Source: Octopus sinensis (lineage: Eukaryota). Taken from it: a stretch of DNA of 64,000 nucleotides. The notes under the pieces are model-generated. The model worked only from the letters and a program-made list of their open reading frames with translations. It had not been told where the DNA came from and ran no database searches. The DNA lies in NCBI RefSeq assembly GCF_006345805.1, contig NC_043020.1, positions 27,528,001 to 27,592,000 of the forward strand, in the 5' to 3' direction. Shown here in pieces: positions 1-14,184 of this stretch; the first letter of the stretch is position 1; each line of letters starts with the position of its first letter. A program made the position numbers and the translations under genes.

Positions 1-3000
1 AATTTGAACTCAGACCGTAAAGCCGTAAGAAATGCCGTAGACATTTTGTCCGGTGTTCTAACCTTTGTTAAATGGTCAAACTAAAAGGTTTGACCCGGTC
101 AGAAAAAAAAAAGTGTAATGAACCAATATGACACAAACGCTTTTCCTTAAAAAAAAAAAAGATTTCAATGAGATTTAGCTGCTATTTTTAGCTAATCGAA
201 TGACCACGTAGAGACTTTATTTTTACATCAGTAATAATCGAAACATTGTTTTTACAACTACACTATGTTGTGATTGAAAAACGAGACGAGCCAAGACCGC
301 AACGTGGTTTATTTGACCTGCTAGAAACAGTAGGCTATACTCTACTGCCTCAGAAAAGAGCAAAGGATACTCCCAGATCAAGTGAGGGTGGTCATGAGTG
401 GCTGAACAGCTTTGATAATGACTTGGAACCAAAAAAAAATAAATAAAAAGAGAAACTGGGTGAGGAAAAACAGAAGGAAGCTTCAAATTTAAATTAATGA
501 ATAAACTGCAAGCTATGCTAATTAAGTATCGCTTTTTTCCCGTTTGTAAATAAAAAGACACGTGTACGCGCGCGTGTACGTTTCTATGAGTGCGTGTGCG
601 CGCACACAGACACACACACACAGTTCATTGTTTACCTTTTCAGTACTTGCGTATCCTTGGTTAATTAGTTTTATACTTTGTGTATAATTTATAAATTATA
701 CACACGTAACCTTGGTAGAAAGTATAAAACTAATTCATATATACACCAGAACAATTGTATAGACTTTCGAGAGAACGCGAAATAATTTTAATTTTTTTTT
801 TTTTTATATCGTAATTCTCGAATCACGCACAAAGCAATAAATAAATAAATATTGGGTTTAAAAATCGATTTTGGATAACGAAATTCGAACTCAATATTTA
901 CATGTTATTAATTTATCGCTCTACGAATGCTTCGAAAATCACAATACCCAAAAAGTATAACACACACACATTATATACATACACACATATATACATACAC
1001 ACATACACATATATATATACATACACACATACACATATATATATACATACACACATATATACATACACATATACATACACACATATATACATACACACAT
1101 ATATACATACACACATACACATATATATATATACATACACATATATATATCACCGTGACCGACCAGGCTATCAGATGTTGCTACACATCGCTGATCACAA
1201 TGCGCTTCGCATTGTTCTAGCCTTCAAATGACGCCACCCCGCTGGCTAAGCGAGGAAGGCCAATATATATATATAGATATATTTATTACATACACGACAC
1301 ACTTCTTTGATGCCCTTGAAAATACATAATATCAATTACAACAACTTCAATTCCAACCTTCTCGGTTTCATCTTCCATACAAACATATACCCCAGAAAAA
1401 TATAAGCATATTATATATATATATATATATGCTAGAAGTACTGGGGGTGATGTACAGATTATATATATATACACACGTATTATAGTAACAGGCGCCAATA
1501 GGTATATCTTAAGTGAATGTATCAGTGTATTGCAATAAGTGAATGTGTGAACAAACACACTGACAGCGGATACATGCGACATTCAGTGAACAAATGTCTA
1601 AGGGTGGCGGTGGTTTTAATGCCAGTAATGGCGGGAACGTATGTGTAGATATATACATCAATTAGTTGCTTACGAAACAACCAGCCACCCCCCCTTCTCT
1701 CTTTCACATATATATACATTCACACATTTACACATTCTTTCTAGCACATATTACACACTCGTAGATACACCTACATATATATATATATATATATACACAA
1801 ACAGACGTAGAGGCGCGCACGCTGCTGAGTCTCTTAGAAATTCAATTCCACTTATAATAAATATACGTATTAAAAGACAAGTGGCGGGTGACACGAACGA
1901 GGAAGCTTCGGTGGTGGTTGCTGGATCGGCTAGACACAGCAGCCAAATCTCACACAAACCAGTATCTTAAATAACGGAAAGATAAGATGATGAAATCTTA
2001 GGTAACGGTCAAGGCTGGACTGCTTTTGATCTTAAGGCAACTCGATCCGAAATGACCTGGGGTTAAAAAAAAAAAACAACAATACTTCTTTTCTTTTTCA
2101 TTCGCAATGTCGTCATCGCTATTTTCCAGTTAATTATTAAACTAACTTTTGGTTTTTGTTCGGTTCCCTGTGAATTAGATCAGTGCTAGCGACATGCATT
2201 GTTTGTTCCATTACTGGAAACATTGATTATGAGCCAATCCAGGGTCGGGTCTTCGGTGATGCCATATATCCTCACGAATGGTTTCTCATATTTATTGCTT
2301 GGTTAAAGGCCATGCAGTTTATGTCTACAGAGGCTAATAAAACCCTAATTTTACACCGTCCACCCTCACATTACACACTAAGCATTTTATTTCACCATTC
2401 AAGGACAGCTTTTAAGATAAACTCCCTCATACTGAAAAGATCTGAGGTCAAAATAAACCATTACTTTTCCCTAGTACTGTATACATATTTTTTCTATCAT
2501 TCCACCCCACTTTATATGCCTTTGTATTGTCCCACCTGGTGACAAATAAAAAGAAAATCGGGTATTTTCTTGAGTTATTGTTTTTCTTTGTTACCGTTAT
2601 TTCACTTTTTTTTTCAACACACCTTCATATAATCTCAGTATATTATATCGTCCTGTACCATCCCCGATCTGTTAGTGAACCTAGGGGTTAATAAAGAAAT
2701 CATTCTTATTATTATTATTATAATACTTCTTAGCGATGAAGGAAGATCCAAGTTTTCCAAATTCAATCGACTGGGTGGGGGGCAAAAGGCTAATTCAACC
2801 TCGGCGCAGGATTTGAACTTTAACGAAAAAAAAAAAAAGATGCGTCAATTAAATACCGCAAGGAATTTAGTTCCGTCTGCCTCGGCCATTCACAAGAGTA
2901 GAGGTGGTGGTGGTGGTGCTTGGCAGCGGCGGTGGCAATAAGGACACGGAATATAGGACAATATTTACGAAACAATACGAAGGGTGGAGTTGTAGGAATA

Positions 3001-3245
3001 ATAGCTGTCCTTCGAAAATTCCATACCACATGGGAAAGGAAACGGGTACGAAAGTAAGACGTGGGCAAAATATATATATATATATTTATTTAAAAAAAGG
3101 ATTTAAAATTTTTTTTTTTTTTTACAGAATCGAAAATTCCGTTACATGAATGAAAATTTCCTTTCCTTAACAATAAGGTAACGCGACTTGGAAGGACATC
3201 CACTCCAAAAACTTAGCCGCACTTCCCAAAGAAATATGGTTTTAT

Positions 3246-3289
<44 letters not shown>

Positions 3290-5205
3290 CTGTACTAGAA
3301 GCAATAAGCTAAATGTCCTTCAAATCAAACCCTACAATCTCAAGCGGTGGAGAGAGTTCCGTGGATAATGAAATCTATAATATGCATCTACACACACACT
3401 GTCATGGTAGTGGAGCAAGAAAGAAGGGATGCCTGTGGCCAGCACACTTCTGGTCACCGTTCTCTTCGGGTCGGGAACAGAGCAGGATCTACGTAACACC
3501 ATCCAACGATAGGATAAATAAATCCACGTTTTCAATGTTATGAGGCTGAACAGGAAGTCGACAAAAATAAACCTTGAAATTCAGCACAATACCATTATTA
3601 ATAAATAATTGTTTCTGATTTAGGTAGAAAGACAGAGGTTTGGAGAGGCAGGGTTCTAGGGTTAATGGATTTATCTACCACCTCCACCATGTACTTGGTA
3701 TTTTATTTCATCAAACTCGGAGAGATGAAATCAAAGTTGACCTAGATGATGATGATAATTACGATGATGGCCGGCAGTTTTGAGAAGTGGTTTATTAGGT
3801 ACCATCTACCCAAGTACTCTATTAATCCCATAGGGATGAAAGATAAAGTCGAACTCCAAGATAATAAACGGTTGCTAATCTAAGAAGGAGAGCAATTTTG
3901 GAAGGAAGTGTTCGGTCTGTTTCACTAACTCCAGGAGGAATGAAAGATTATGATGACCTCAGTGGTGATTTAATAATCCCTTTCTATTGTAGGCACAAGG
4001 CCGGCAGTTTTTAGTGAAAGGGAGTTGGCGATTTACATCGACCCCAGTGCTCGACTGGTATTTATTTTAGCAACCCCGAAAGCGATGAAATGCAAAGTCG
4101 ACCTCGACGGAATTTCATCTAAAGAAACGTAAAACCGGAAGAAATGCCACGAATCATTTTGTCCGGCGTGCTAACGGTTCTGTAATAATAACTTTCTTAA
4201 TTTGTCTCAAAATCTCACAGGAATACAATAAAGGTTAAAGAATATGGGGGTTCACGATACCTGTGAGGTTGGACAAAGACGACGGGAAGGTATCAATAAT
4301 AATAACGGCTTTAAACTTCGGCACAAGGCCTACCATTTTAGAGGAAGCGGCTAGACGATTATGGCGAAGGTAAAGAATACGCACACACCACCTATTTTCG
4401 GGGTTTAGGGTTAAGGTTACGCCGAAAACGGGTCAATTATATCGACCCCAGTACTTGACTGGGATCCGGTCAAAGTGAAAAGATCCCTTGACTGATACTT
4501 TGTTTTATCAACCACGAAAGGCAAAACTAACCTCAGTGGTATTGGAACTCAACGTAAATAAACCAGGAGGAAAGACAATAAGCAGTTTGTTCGACACACT
4601 GAATATTCTACCACCTCGCCCCCCTAATAATAGTAATAATTCTTTCTATCAGCAAAAAACCCCGAAATTTTGTAGGAAGGGGTCAGTGGATGACATCGAA
4701 GACCCCCAGTTCTTAAATGGTACTTAATTTTTCGACCGCGAAAGGATGAAAGGCCAAATCGACCTCGGTGGCATTTGAACTCGGGACGTAAGGAGCCGAA
4801 AGAAATGCCTACACAACAACAATAATATTAATAAAGAAGAATCGTTTCTATCATAAAAGACAAGGCACCAAAAATTAGGCGGAAATGGAGTGGTTAATAG
4901 GTCGAACTCAGTACTTTTACAGGTACTTTTCTAATGTGTGTCAAGAGGGATTTAATTTGAAGCAATTATTTATCATCGATATAAATGAGGGGGAGAGGAC
5001 AAACGAACATCATCACCACTACGAGGTACCAGCATCTCCATCACAATTGTTGCATCATCATCATCATCAGATACAAGATGAGAAAATTCATTGACATTTC
5101 GTTCACCAGCAAAATATTCTGACTCCAATAAACGACACACACACAATATATGTATACATAAAGCCAGACACATGTATCTATCTATCTATCTATATATATA
5201 TATAT

Positions 5206-5420
5206 ACCGGAGTAAACACATAAATGTGAAACAAGGTGGAAAAAAGAGTACTCAAATACCAGTGGTAGAGTAATATGCTTTATTTTAAGCAGCAGAAAAT
5301 TCAACAAAATCTGTTACTCTGAGTTTCTCGTTGCCGTTCATCAGACAGTTTTGTCTGATGAACGGCAACGAGAAACTCAGAGTAACAGATTTTGTTGAAT
5401 TTTCTGCTGCTTAAAATAAA

Positions 5421-5421
<1 letters not shown>
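5206..5421. mobile_element. Penelope-like hairpin element with minimal hammerhead in each arm
   Basis: Perfect 70-bp inverted arms (5278-5347 / 5352-5421), 4-nt loop, (TA)n flanks, left side extended. Confidence 0.75.
5350..5389 (+). ncRNA. Minimal type I hammerhead motif (mirror copy on - at 5311-5348)
   Basis: TTTGT CTGATGA A CG-GCAA-CG A GAAA CTC-A-GAG TA ACAGA. Confidence 0.6.
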
Positions 5422-5487
<66 letters not shown>

Positions 5488-5684
5488 TTGTATGTATATA
5501 TCCACACATAGTTTTGGCCATTATGTTAATTATTGGCTAAGAATGGACAAACATAAACACACTAAGTGGATGGAATTCGTGGTAACATGTCAGCAGAGAC
5601 GACAAATGTAATAGACATACAATAACAATAAGCTCATTATAAACACACACACACAAGCTATACAATAAGCCCATTATTTCATAT

Positions 5685-5722
<38 letters not shown>

Positions 5723-6622
5723 CACAGAAAGCGAATTTTCTGTTATCTACACGCACTACACAAAAATTCAAAATATACACACTATACACTAAGCTAATTT
5801 ATAGACACACATTTCTCCCTTCTTTCATTTTACAGATTCAAAACACGTTGGATTTTTTTGAATTATCATAATGCAGACACTATAACGTCTAATGGGATTT
5901 TAATTGAAGTTAATCAAGATATTTTCTATGCTTTTAAAATATATATTTCTTTCTCAACCAAAGACAAAATGACATTAGTAAAAATACACAGTAGGCAACA
6001 AAAAAAACTATATATATATACACACACACATATACCCCATACATACATGCTTACAAACAAGCACTCGTGGGTCCTATCCAATTTGGGACGGTATAATTAC
6101 GACGGATATTAGACAAATGTTGAGAAATTAACGTATAACAGGTAAACAAGACTTGGTAAACAGCATGTATTTAGAAAATAAAACAACATTGGACATTATT
6201 TATGAACCAGTATCATTAAATACACAAGAAACACTACTAATAAATGAGGGCAAAATCTGTGGTCGTAAGATTTGCTAGAACTAGTAGCTAAATCTTTAGA
6301 ATGACACCCTAATGTCTTTAGATAAGGAATAGCTGTGTATATAGTATATAGCACATCGTTATCGTGTGTAACCCTAATTCTGTGTAGGCAGTCACGGTTG
6401 GGTTTGGATTATATTTATTATATTTCACCATAGGTCAGGTCTGTTAATTGGCAAAGTTAACCTAGGGTTAAGTGTAGATATAGGCATTTATAAAACCTTA
6501 TTGACAGTAATTAGCAATTTATTGCCTGGCTACAAACCCGTCTACCCCTTTCGAACGGTACATGACATGCAAAGGGCTATATTTAATAGATTAAACATTA
6601 CTTTCCATATATATATATAGGT

Positions 6623-6683
<61 letters not shown>

Positions 6684-7447
6684 TATACACACGGTTAGCA
6701 ATTTGTGGCGGCGGTTTATAAAAGGTAAGAAGTTAAGACGACCCAGAGCGAAATTCGAACACAGAACAGCGAAATGGTGAGGAATCAGTCTAAACTGATG
6801 TTATAATTAAGGTAATCGATTTAAAGAAAGAAAAAAAAGAAAATCAATTAACGATGCTAAATTTCTTAATTGAATAAAATAAATTGAACCAAATGTAAAT
6901 AAAATAATTATACAATTAAAAAAAACAACAACGAAAACCCAACATCGAGGATGATAGACGTATACATATATATGAAGACGTGTGTATATTATATATATAT
7001 ATATATATACATACATACACAATTATATGAAAACATACATAGACACAATTATTATTAAAACATATATATATACATTTATATGAAAACTCATCTATTCAAT
7101 TATGATCGTGTGTATGTATACATGTGTGGGTGTTTAATATACATATGTATATAACATATACGCAATTATATATATGCGTATGTACATTTCATCCATCCAT
7201 ACATACACATATATATATATATGTATATATACATATATATAATCTGAGATTTGCCATGAAGACAATCACAGAGAGAGAAAGAGACATGAGACAGACAGAC
7301 TCGTCACAGGCAGAGAATGGAGACGTTGTGAATGTCTGTCTTTATAAAACGGGCACTGAGGCTTATGGAGGGCTTTTTTTTTTCCTCTCTTCGCTAATAA
7401 CCATCAGGCATGTGGCGCATGCAAGGTGGGAAACACAAGTAACTTAC

Positions 7448-7465
7448 CGCTTTGTTAGAAGCCAT
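7448..7465 (-). CDS. Probable first coding micro-exon (MASNKA) of an unidentified gene running leftwards, copy 1
   Basis: Minus strand reads ccaagATGGCTTCTAACAAAGCG|GTAAGT: YY1-like CAAGATGGC start context, perfect donor, downstream of a CpG-rich 5' region (7660-7850). No downstream exon was identified in the window. Confidence 0.6.
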
Positions 7466-7659
7466 CTTGGAAAATATTTGTTGATACGAACCGCTCCCCC
7501 TTTTTATAAGCCAGGGCAGGATCGGGTCTTTTTTTTTTTGTGGTTTTTGTGGTATTTTTGTGTATTTTTGTGTATGTGCGTGTGCGTGCGTGCGTGTGTG
7601 TGTGTGTTGGTGTTGGTGTGTGATGTTTTTTTTTTTTTTTATTTATTGTTTTTTTAGTT

Positions 7660-7990
7660 GGCCCTCGTCAGCCGAAACCGAGAGCAGCAGCAGCAAAGCA
7701 AGCGGATTTTGAAAGCGGAGGAGAAAAACGAATAACGCGCGGCGCGCGGGGCGCACCATCATCATTAATAATAATAATAATAATATTACAGACTCCGACA
7801 TCAATTACTCCGACGTCACCGCCGCCATCACCACCATCGTCATCACCGTAGTCAAGAGGAATGAGACAGAGGAAGGGAGGAGGAAGGAAGGAAGGAAAAG
7901 AGTAGAGAGTGAGAGAGAAAGAGAGAGGGGGAAGGAGAATGGAAGAGAGAGAGAGAGAGAGAGATGGAATGAGAGACAATGAGAGAGAAA
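7660..7990 (-). promoter_or_regulatory. CpG-rich 5'UTR/promoter segment followed by GA-rich tract (duplicated at ~8860-9190)
   Basis: gcgcggcgcgcggggcgc CpG cluster and (GA)n-rich tract upstream of the MASNKA ATG. Confidence 0.4.
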
Positions 7991-8141
7991 AACGAGAGAT
8001 TATTATGTAATTAGTTCAAACAGTGCGTGCATATCTCTCTCTTTTTACTTCTCTACCACTTTTCACACACATATATATATATATAGGTGGTTGCATATAT
8101 ATATATATATTTATTATATATATATATATATATAATATATA

Positions 8142-8172
<31 letters not shown>

Positions 8173-8306
8173 CATACAACCACCTACACACACGCACATA
8201 CATACATATATACACACACATATACATATACATACATACATACATATATATCTTTATATGTATATATAGATATATGTATATGTATATATATAATTATATA
8301 TATATA

Positions 8307-8339
<33 letters not shown>

Positions 8340-8671
8340 ATATATTATATATATATATATATATATTATGTACATGTATATATATATGTATATATATGTA
8401 CATGTATATATATATGTATATATATATATATCTATATATATATATGTATATATATACATATATATAATCTGAGATTTGCCATGAAGACAATCACAGAGAG
8501 AGAAAGAGACATGAGACAGACAGACTCGTCACAGGCAGAGAATGGAGACGTTGTGAATGTCTGTCTTTATAAAACGGGCACTGAGGCTTATGGAGGGCTT
8601 TTTTTTTCCTCTCTTCGCTAATAACCATCAGGCATGTGGCGCATGCAAGGTGGGAAACACAAGTAACTTAC

Positions 8672-8689
8672 CGCTTTGTTAGAAGCCAT
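8672..8689 (-). CDS. Probable first coding micro-exon (MASNKA), copy 2 in tandem duplication
   Basis: Identical to copy 1, offset 1224 nt. Confidence 0.55.
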
Positions 8690-9305
8690 CTTGGAAAATA
8701 TTTGTTGATACGAACCGCTCCCCCTTTTTATAAGCCAGGGCAGGATCGGGTCTTTTTTTTTTTGTGGTTTTTGTGGTATTTTTGTGTATGTGCGTGCGTG
8801 TGTGTGTTGGTGTTGGTGTGTGATGTTTTTTTTTTTTTTATTTATTGTTTTTTTAGTTGGCCCTCGTCAGCCGAAACCGAGAGCAGCAGCAGCAAAGCAA
8901 GCGGATTTTGAAAGCGGAGGAGAAAAACGAATAACGCGCGGCGCGCGGGGCGCACCATCATCATTAATAATAATAATAATAATATTACAGACTCCGACAT
9001 CAATTACTCCGACGTCACCGCCGCCATCACCACCATCGTCATCACCGTAGTCAAAGAGGAATGAGACAGAGGAAGGGAGGGAGGAAGGAAGGAAGGAAAA
9101 GAGTAGAGAGTGAGAGAGAAAGAGAGAGGGGGAAGGAGAATGGAAGAGAGAGAGAGAGAGACAGATGGAATGAGAGACAATGAGAGAGAAAAACGAGAGA
9201 TTATTATGTAATTAGTTCAAACAGTGCGTGCATATCTCTCTCTTTTTTACTTCTCTACCACTTTTCACACACATATATATATATATAGGTGGTTGCATAT
9301 ATATA

Positions 9306-9384
<79 letters not shown>

Positions 9385-9477
9385 CAACCACCTACACACA
9401 CGCACATACATACATATATACACACACATATACATATACATACATACATACATATATATCTTTATATGTATATATAG

Positions 9478-9564
<87 letters not shown>

Positions 9565-9656
9565 ATATAATATATTATGTACATGTATATATATATGTAT
9601 ATATATGTACATGTATATAATATATATATATATATATATATCTATATATATATATG

Positions 9657-9699
<43 letters not shown>

Positions 9700-10886
9700 C
9701 ACACACGTATGTGTGTGTAGATATCTAAACTTCCTTATTTAATTATCTCAAGTTCTCCATCAGAAACAAACCAAGAAGGACGACTTTTTTTCTTTTTTCT
9801 TTTTTTTTCATTTTATTTTTTTTTTGTCACTTGACCTGCAAGACACAATAGCTTATTCTCTCCTTGAATCACTTCCTCCTGTCTGAAAGCAGGACACATT
9901 GGATAAATAATGTAACCATAAATTCTTTCTTTCTTTCTTTCTTTTTTTTCTTAGACGGGATGGTCACGGTTTTGATCGCCATTTGGTCATAATAATTTTC
10001 TTCTTCAGGACCGATCTGCTACTAAAAGAACAACTTTTCTCAATTCCGCTTCTATGTGGTCGCTCGCTCTGCTAAAAATAGCAGCTAAGTTTATCTCAAA
10101 TCGATAACTTTTCGAGAAAAGGACAAAAAAAAAAAAAAGGGATATTCTTTCGGTTTGTGATCAAAAAAGTCAAAAACGAAATATTGACATTATTTGACAA
10201 ATGTCCAAGCAGACATGTCCAAAAGGCAACCCACGCCAATTTTTTCTTCTTTTTTTTTTCTCTCAAAACTTTCTTTGGATTCCAGTTTTCAACTAAGGAA
10301 ATTTTGCCAAATTGATAAATAAATATTTTTTGCTTTTAACTTTTTCAATATTTTGTTTGTTTTAATGGGGATAGAATTGGGGTAGATTCCAGATTACGAT
10401 TCTAAAAAAAAAAAAATTTTATTTCATTTTCATTTTTTGTTCAAACTAATCAGTTTTTATTGAGAATAATTCTTTCGCTTTCACTTTGTGATCATAAAAC
10501 GAAAGAAGGCAAAAACAAAAATAAAAAAAATACTAGGTCAGGCATGGGTGTGTGGTTATAAAACCCACTTTGCAAACACGTGGTTTGGAGATCAGTCCCA
10601 CTGTGTGGTACTTTGAGCGAGTTTCATCTATAACCCCCGAGCCTATGGATGTCTTTGGAATGAATCAGGGAGACAGAAACTGTGTGGAAGCTTGCCTTGT
10701 ATATTGTGTGTGTGTGTGTGTTGCTTGGGCATTGCAAGACTAATAACGTGGTGTACTACTCAATACACATATGCATCAGAGCTAAGCACAAAGCCGAAAC
10801 AGCTGTAAGCTAATGAAGTTCAAAAGATAATTTGTTTATTCCTTAATCACCTCATTCTCTTATATATACATATATATACATATATA

Positions 10887-11273
10887 GGAGTGGCTGTGTG
10901 GTAAGTAGCTTGCTAACCAGCCACATGGTTCTAGGTTCAGTCCCACTGCGTGGCATCTTGGGCAAGTGTCTTCTGCTATAGCCCCGGGCCGACCAATGCC
11001 TTGTGAGTGGATTTGGTAGACGGAAACTGAAAGAAGCCTGTCGTATATATGTATATATATATATATGTATGTGTGTGTTTGTCCCCCTAGCATTGCCTGA
11101 CAACCGATGCTGGTGTGTTTACGTCCCCGTCACTTAGCGGTTCGGCAAAAGAGACCGATAGAATAAGTACTGGGCTTACAAAGAATAAGTCCTGGGGTCG
11201 ATTTGCTCGACTAAAGGCGGTGCTCCAGCATGGCCGCAGTCAAATGACTGAAACAAGTAAAAGAGAAAGAGAG
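10887..11273 (+). mobile_element. tRNA-derived CORE-like SINE with internal (TA)/(TG) microsatellite (dominant family)
   Basis: A box TGGCTGTGTGG, B-box-like GGTTCAGTCCC, CORE-like CTTGGGCAAGT, AAAAGAG-type tail. Confidence 0.85.
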
Positions 11274-11274
11274 T

Positions 11275-11650
11275 ATACGATAGAGTGTATATTTAAACAC
11301 ATAAGGAATCCACTTAGAGGGAATTCAGCACGCTAGAAAGAACAGCTAGGTTCTGTAAACCACAAAAATAACGGATAAAATTCGACAATGGTAAATGTTT
11401 TTCATTTCCAAATTTATTCCTGTCAAATTTTATCCGTTATTTTTGTGGTTTACAGAACCTAGCTGTTCTTTCTAGCATGCTGAATTCCCTATAAGTGGAT
11501 TCCTCATATGTATAAATATACACTCTATCGTATGACTAATATATAGTCTTCTTGACTAATTTTTTTTTGCACCTCAGGCCACTGGAAATGTGAATTTTGA
11601 TTGAATGTTTTAATTTTAATTAAATTCCATTTCCCTTTGACATGATTAGA
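11275..11650. mobile_element. Inverted-repeat element (113-bp arms), no hammerhead seen
   Basis: Arms 11275-11387 / 11421-11533; extension to (TA)n near 11650. Confidence 0.65.
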
Positions 11651-12033
11651 TATATATACAAAATAAGAAAATGGAGAAATACATCTTAATCAATAATCAA
11701 CTACCAGATAATACCCAATCACATAATTTATTAAACCACTACATATGAACATCAAGGTCAAACATAATAATATAGAACAAAACAATGTACATCAATGAGT
11801 AATAAGATACAATAAGTACAGTGTGTATAAGTGAATGTAAATAAATGCATACAAATATAAATATAAACTACAACTTACAACTGTTTCAGCCATGCAGATA
11901 TGGGTGCCTCATTATGCTCATATTAGCCATGTGTGATAGGTTAATATGTAGTTATAAATGAGACACTTACAGAAATATCCCAAGGCCTCTTCATCCCATG
12001 GTGGGTTGTACTCACAACCCCTATCTCAATTTG

Positions 12034-12075
<42 letters not shown>

Positions 12076-13148
12076 TATAAATGTGACTAGGGTGTTAAGA
12101 AGCACCTACATTGCTAGAAATACGAGCTAAAATGCTCTAATGCTGTAGCTAACACTCATGAATGAAAATATATACAATAATAGAGACCTGAATTGTTTGA
12201 AATATTTCTAGCAGGAGTGGCTGTGTGGTAAGTAAGTAAGTAGCTTGCTCACCAATCACATGGTTCCAGGTTCAGTCCCACAGCGTGGCATTTTGGGCAA
12301 GTGGTTCAACAATAGGGACCAACAGAAGTTACAGGGATGAAAACAAACTAACACCGGTTGTCAAGCAGTTGTGGGAAACAAATATAAACACATACACACA
12401 CATATGTATACATAATCTTAGAAGCATATCGTGTTTATTAATGCCTTTGGAAGGATCTTTTCTGGGTGGAAACCCTCATCTCTTGGCATTTTAACAACAC
12501 ACACTCTGTGAAGTGGTTGGCACTAGGAAGGGCATCAAGCTGTGGAAACCATGTGGAAAGCAGACAATGGAGCCAGGGGCAGTTCTCTTGAGGTTTGCCA
12601 TTTCCTGTCAAACTCTCCAATCCCATGTCAGCATGGACAACGGATGTTAAATGATGATGATGAATAATGTGTTTACCATCATCATCATCACCATCACTAC
12701 CACCACCACCACCACCACTACCACCATCATCACCACTATCATCATCAGCAGCAGCATTTAGCATCCGTTGTGCATTCTGGCATGGGTTGGACAGTTTGAC
12801 TAGGGCTGGCAAAGTTAGAAGGCCATACCAGACTCTAGTCTGATTTGGTCTGGTTTCTACAGCTGGAAGCCCTTCCTAACAGTAACCACTTGAAAGCGTG
12901 TGCAGGGTGCTGTTACGTGCCACTGTCATGGGTGCCATTTGTGTGACACCAGTATCTGCCACAACTGCAATTTTCCTCAGCTTGATGGATCTTCTTCTGA
13001 AGCATGACATAATGCCAAAGGTCTCAGTCATTGCCTCCATGAGGCCCAACACTCGAAAGGAGCTTTCCATGTGCCACCAGTGTCACAACTATGATTTCAC
13101 TTGGCTACATGGGTCTTCTCTTATATATACATATATATATATATAATG

Positions 13149-13445
13149 AGGAGGCGAAATGGCCTAGTGGTTAGGGCAGAGGACTCGCGGTCATAGGATC
13201 GTTGTTTCAATTCCCAGACCGAGTGTTGTGAGTGTTTATTGAGCAAAAACACCTCAAAGCTCCACGAGGCTCCGGCAGGGGATGGTGGTGATCCCTGCTG
13301 TACTCTTTCACCGCTCTTTCTTCTGTTGGCCTGCTCGCTTAGCCAGCGGGGTGGTGTCATTCGAAGGCTAAAACAATGCAAACGCATTGTGACCAGCGAT
13401 GTGTAACAACATCTGATGGTCTGGTCGGTCACGTGATCACGTGAT
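13149..13445 (+). mobile_element. tRNA-derived SINE family 3 (GGAGGCG..ATGGCC.AGTGGTTAGGGCAG head)
   Basis: A/B boxes present. Other copies at 51324-51620(+), 27121-27268(-), 1150-1262(-), and a variant at 42290-42585 with TSD TATAACAAAGA. Confidence 0.8.
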
Positions 13446-14092
13446 TTTTATATATATACGATGACAATGATGATGATGATGATGAGATATACATTATTAT
13501 CACATATATATCTTTTATCATTCACTTGTTTCTGTCATTAGACTGCAGCTATGGTTTTTAGGGATTTTAGCCAAACAAATCATCCCTCGTTCTTATTTTT
13601 CTAGGTCTGGTATTCATTCTATTGGTCTCCTTTGCTGAACTGCTAAGTTGGTGTCACTATGAATCCATTGGCCACAGTATTTCATCCATTCTGTCCTTGA
13701 TCTCACCCTCCTTCTCCATTGCAGCCCCATTATTCTCCTTATATCATCAATCCATATGAGTGTTGGCCTCAGATTTGAGTGTAGGTCTCAAGTCTGAGTG
13801 TAGGTCTCAAGTTTGAGTGTAGGCCTTATCAATCCATCTGAGTGGTCGTTTCTGCTCATGCAGGTGCCACTTGGCAACTGCACACGTCCACTGTTTATTG
13901 GTGCACCCTGCACCATGTCTGGCCCATCTGATTCTATTTAAATGGTATTCAGCAATAAAGACCTTCATTCCAGTTCTTTCCCCTGATCTTTTCATTTCGC
14001 ATGTGATCCCTCACAGAGATTCCCAGCATTGATCCCCTCCATGGTTCTTTGCACTGCTATTAACCACTGTTCCTCTCTTCATTTTATATATA

Positions 14093-14183
<91 letters not shown>

Positions 14184-14184
14184 C

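Larger units (their letters stand above)
7241..9690. repeat. Tandem duplication, ~1225-bp unit (7241-8465 and 8466-~9690)
   Basis: Near-identical units starting aatctgagatttgccatgaag. Differences are mostly homopolymer and microsatellite lengths. Confidence 0.95.

Noticed and set aside
232-446. Possible terminal coding exon (ag acceptor at 231, ORF ...DLLETVGYTLL..., AATAAA)
   Set aside because: 295-440 aligns by eye with the dispersed GACCTGCTAGAAATAGCAGCC repeat family (compare 1905-2080 and 9830-10030), so the ORF is probably fortuitous.
7124-7979. ORFs 7124-7657(+) and 7668-7979(-) and their duplicates
   Set aside because: Low-complexity reading through microsatellite and UTR sequence; the minus-strand micro-exon explains the region better.
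13149-13225. tRNA-like genes (also at 42290, 51324, 55530, 61712 and other SINE heads)
   Set aside because: A/B boxes are present, but the cloverleaves are imperfect and each continues into a SINE body.
13768-13826. 19-bp tandem repeat x3 (TGAGTGTAGGTCTCAAGT)
   Set aside because: An ordinary minisatellite with no spacers or structure.
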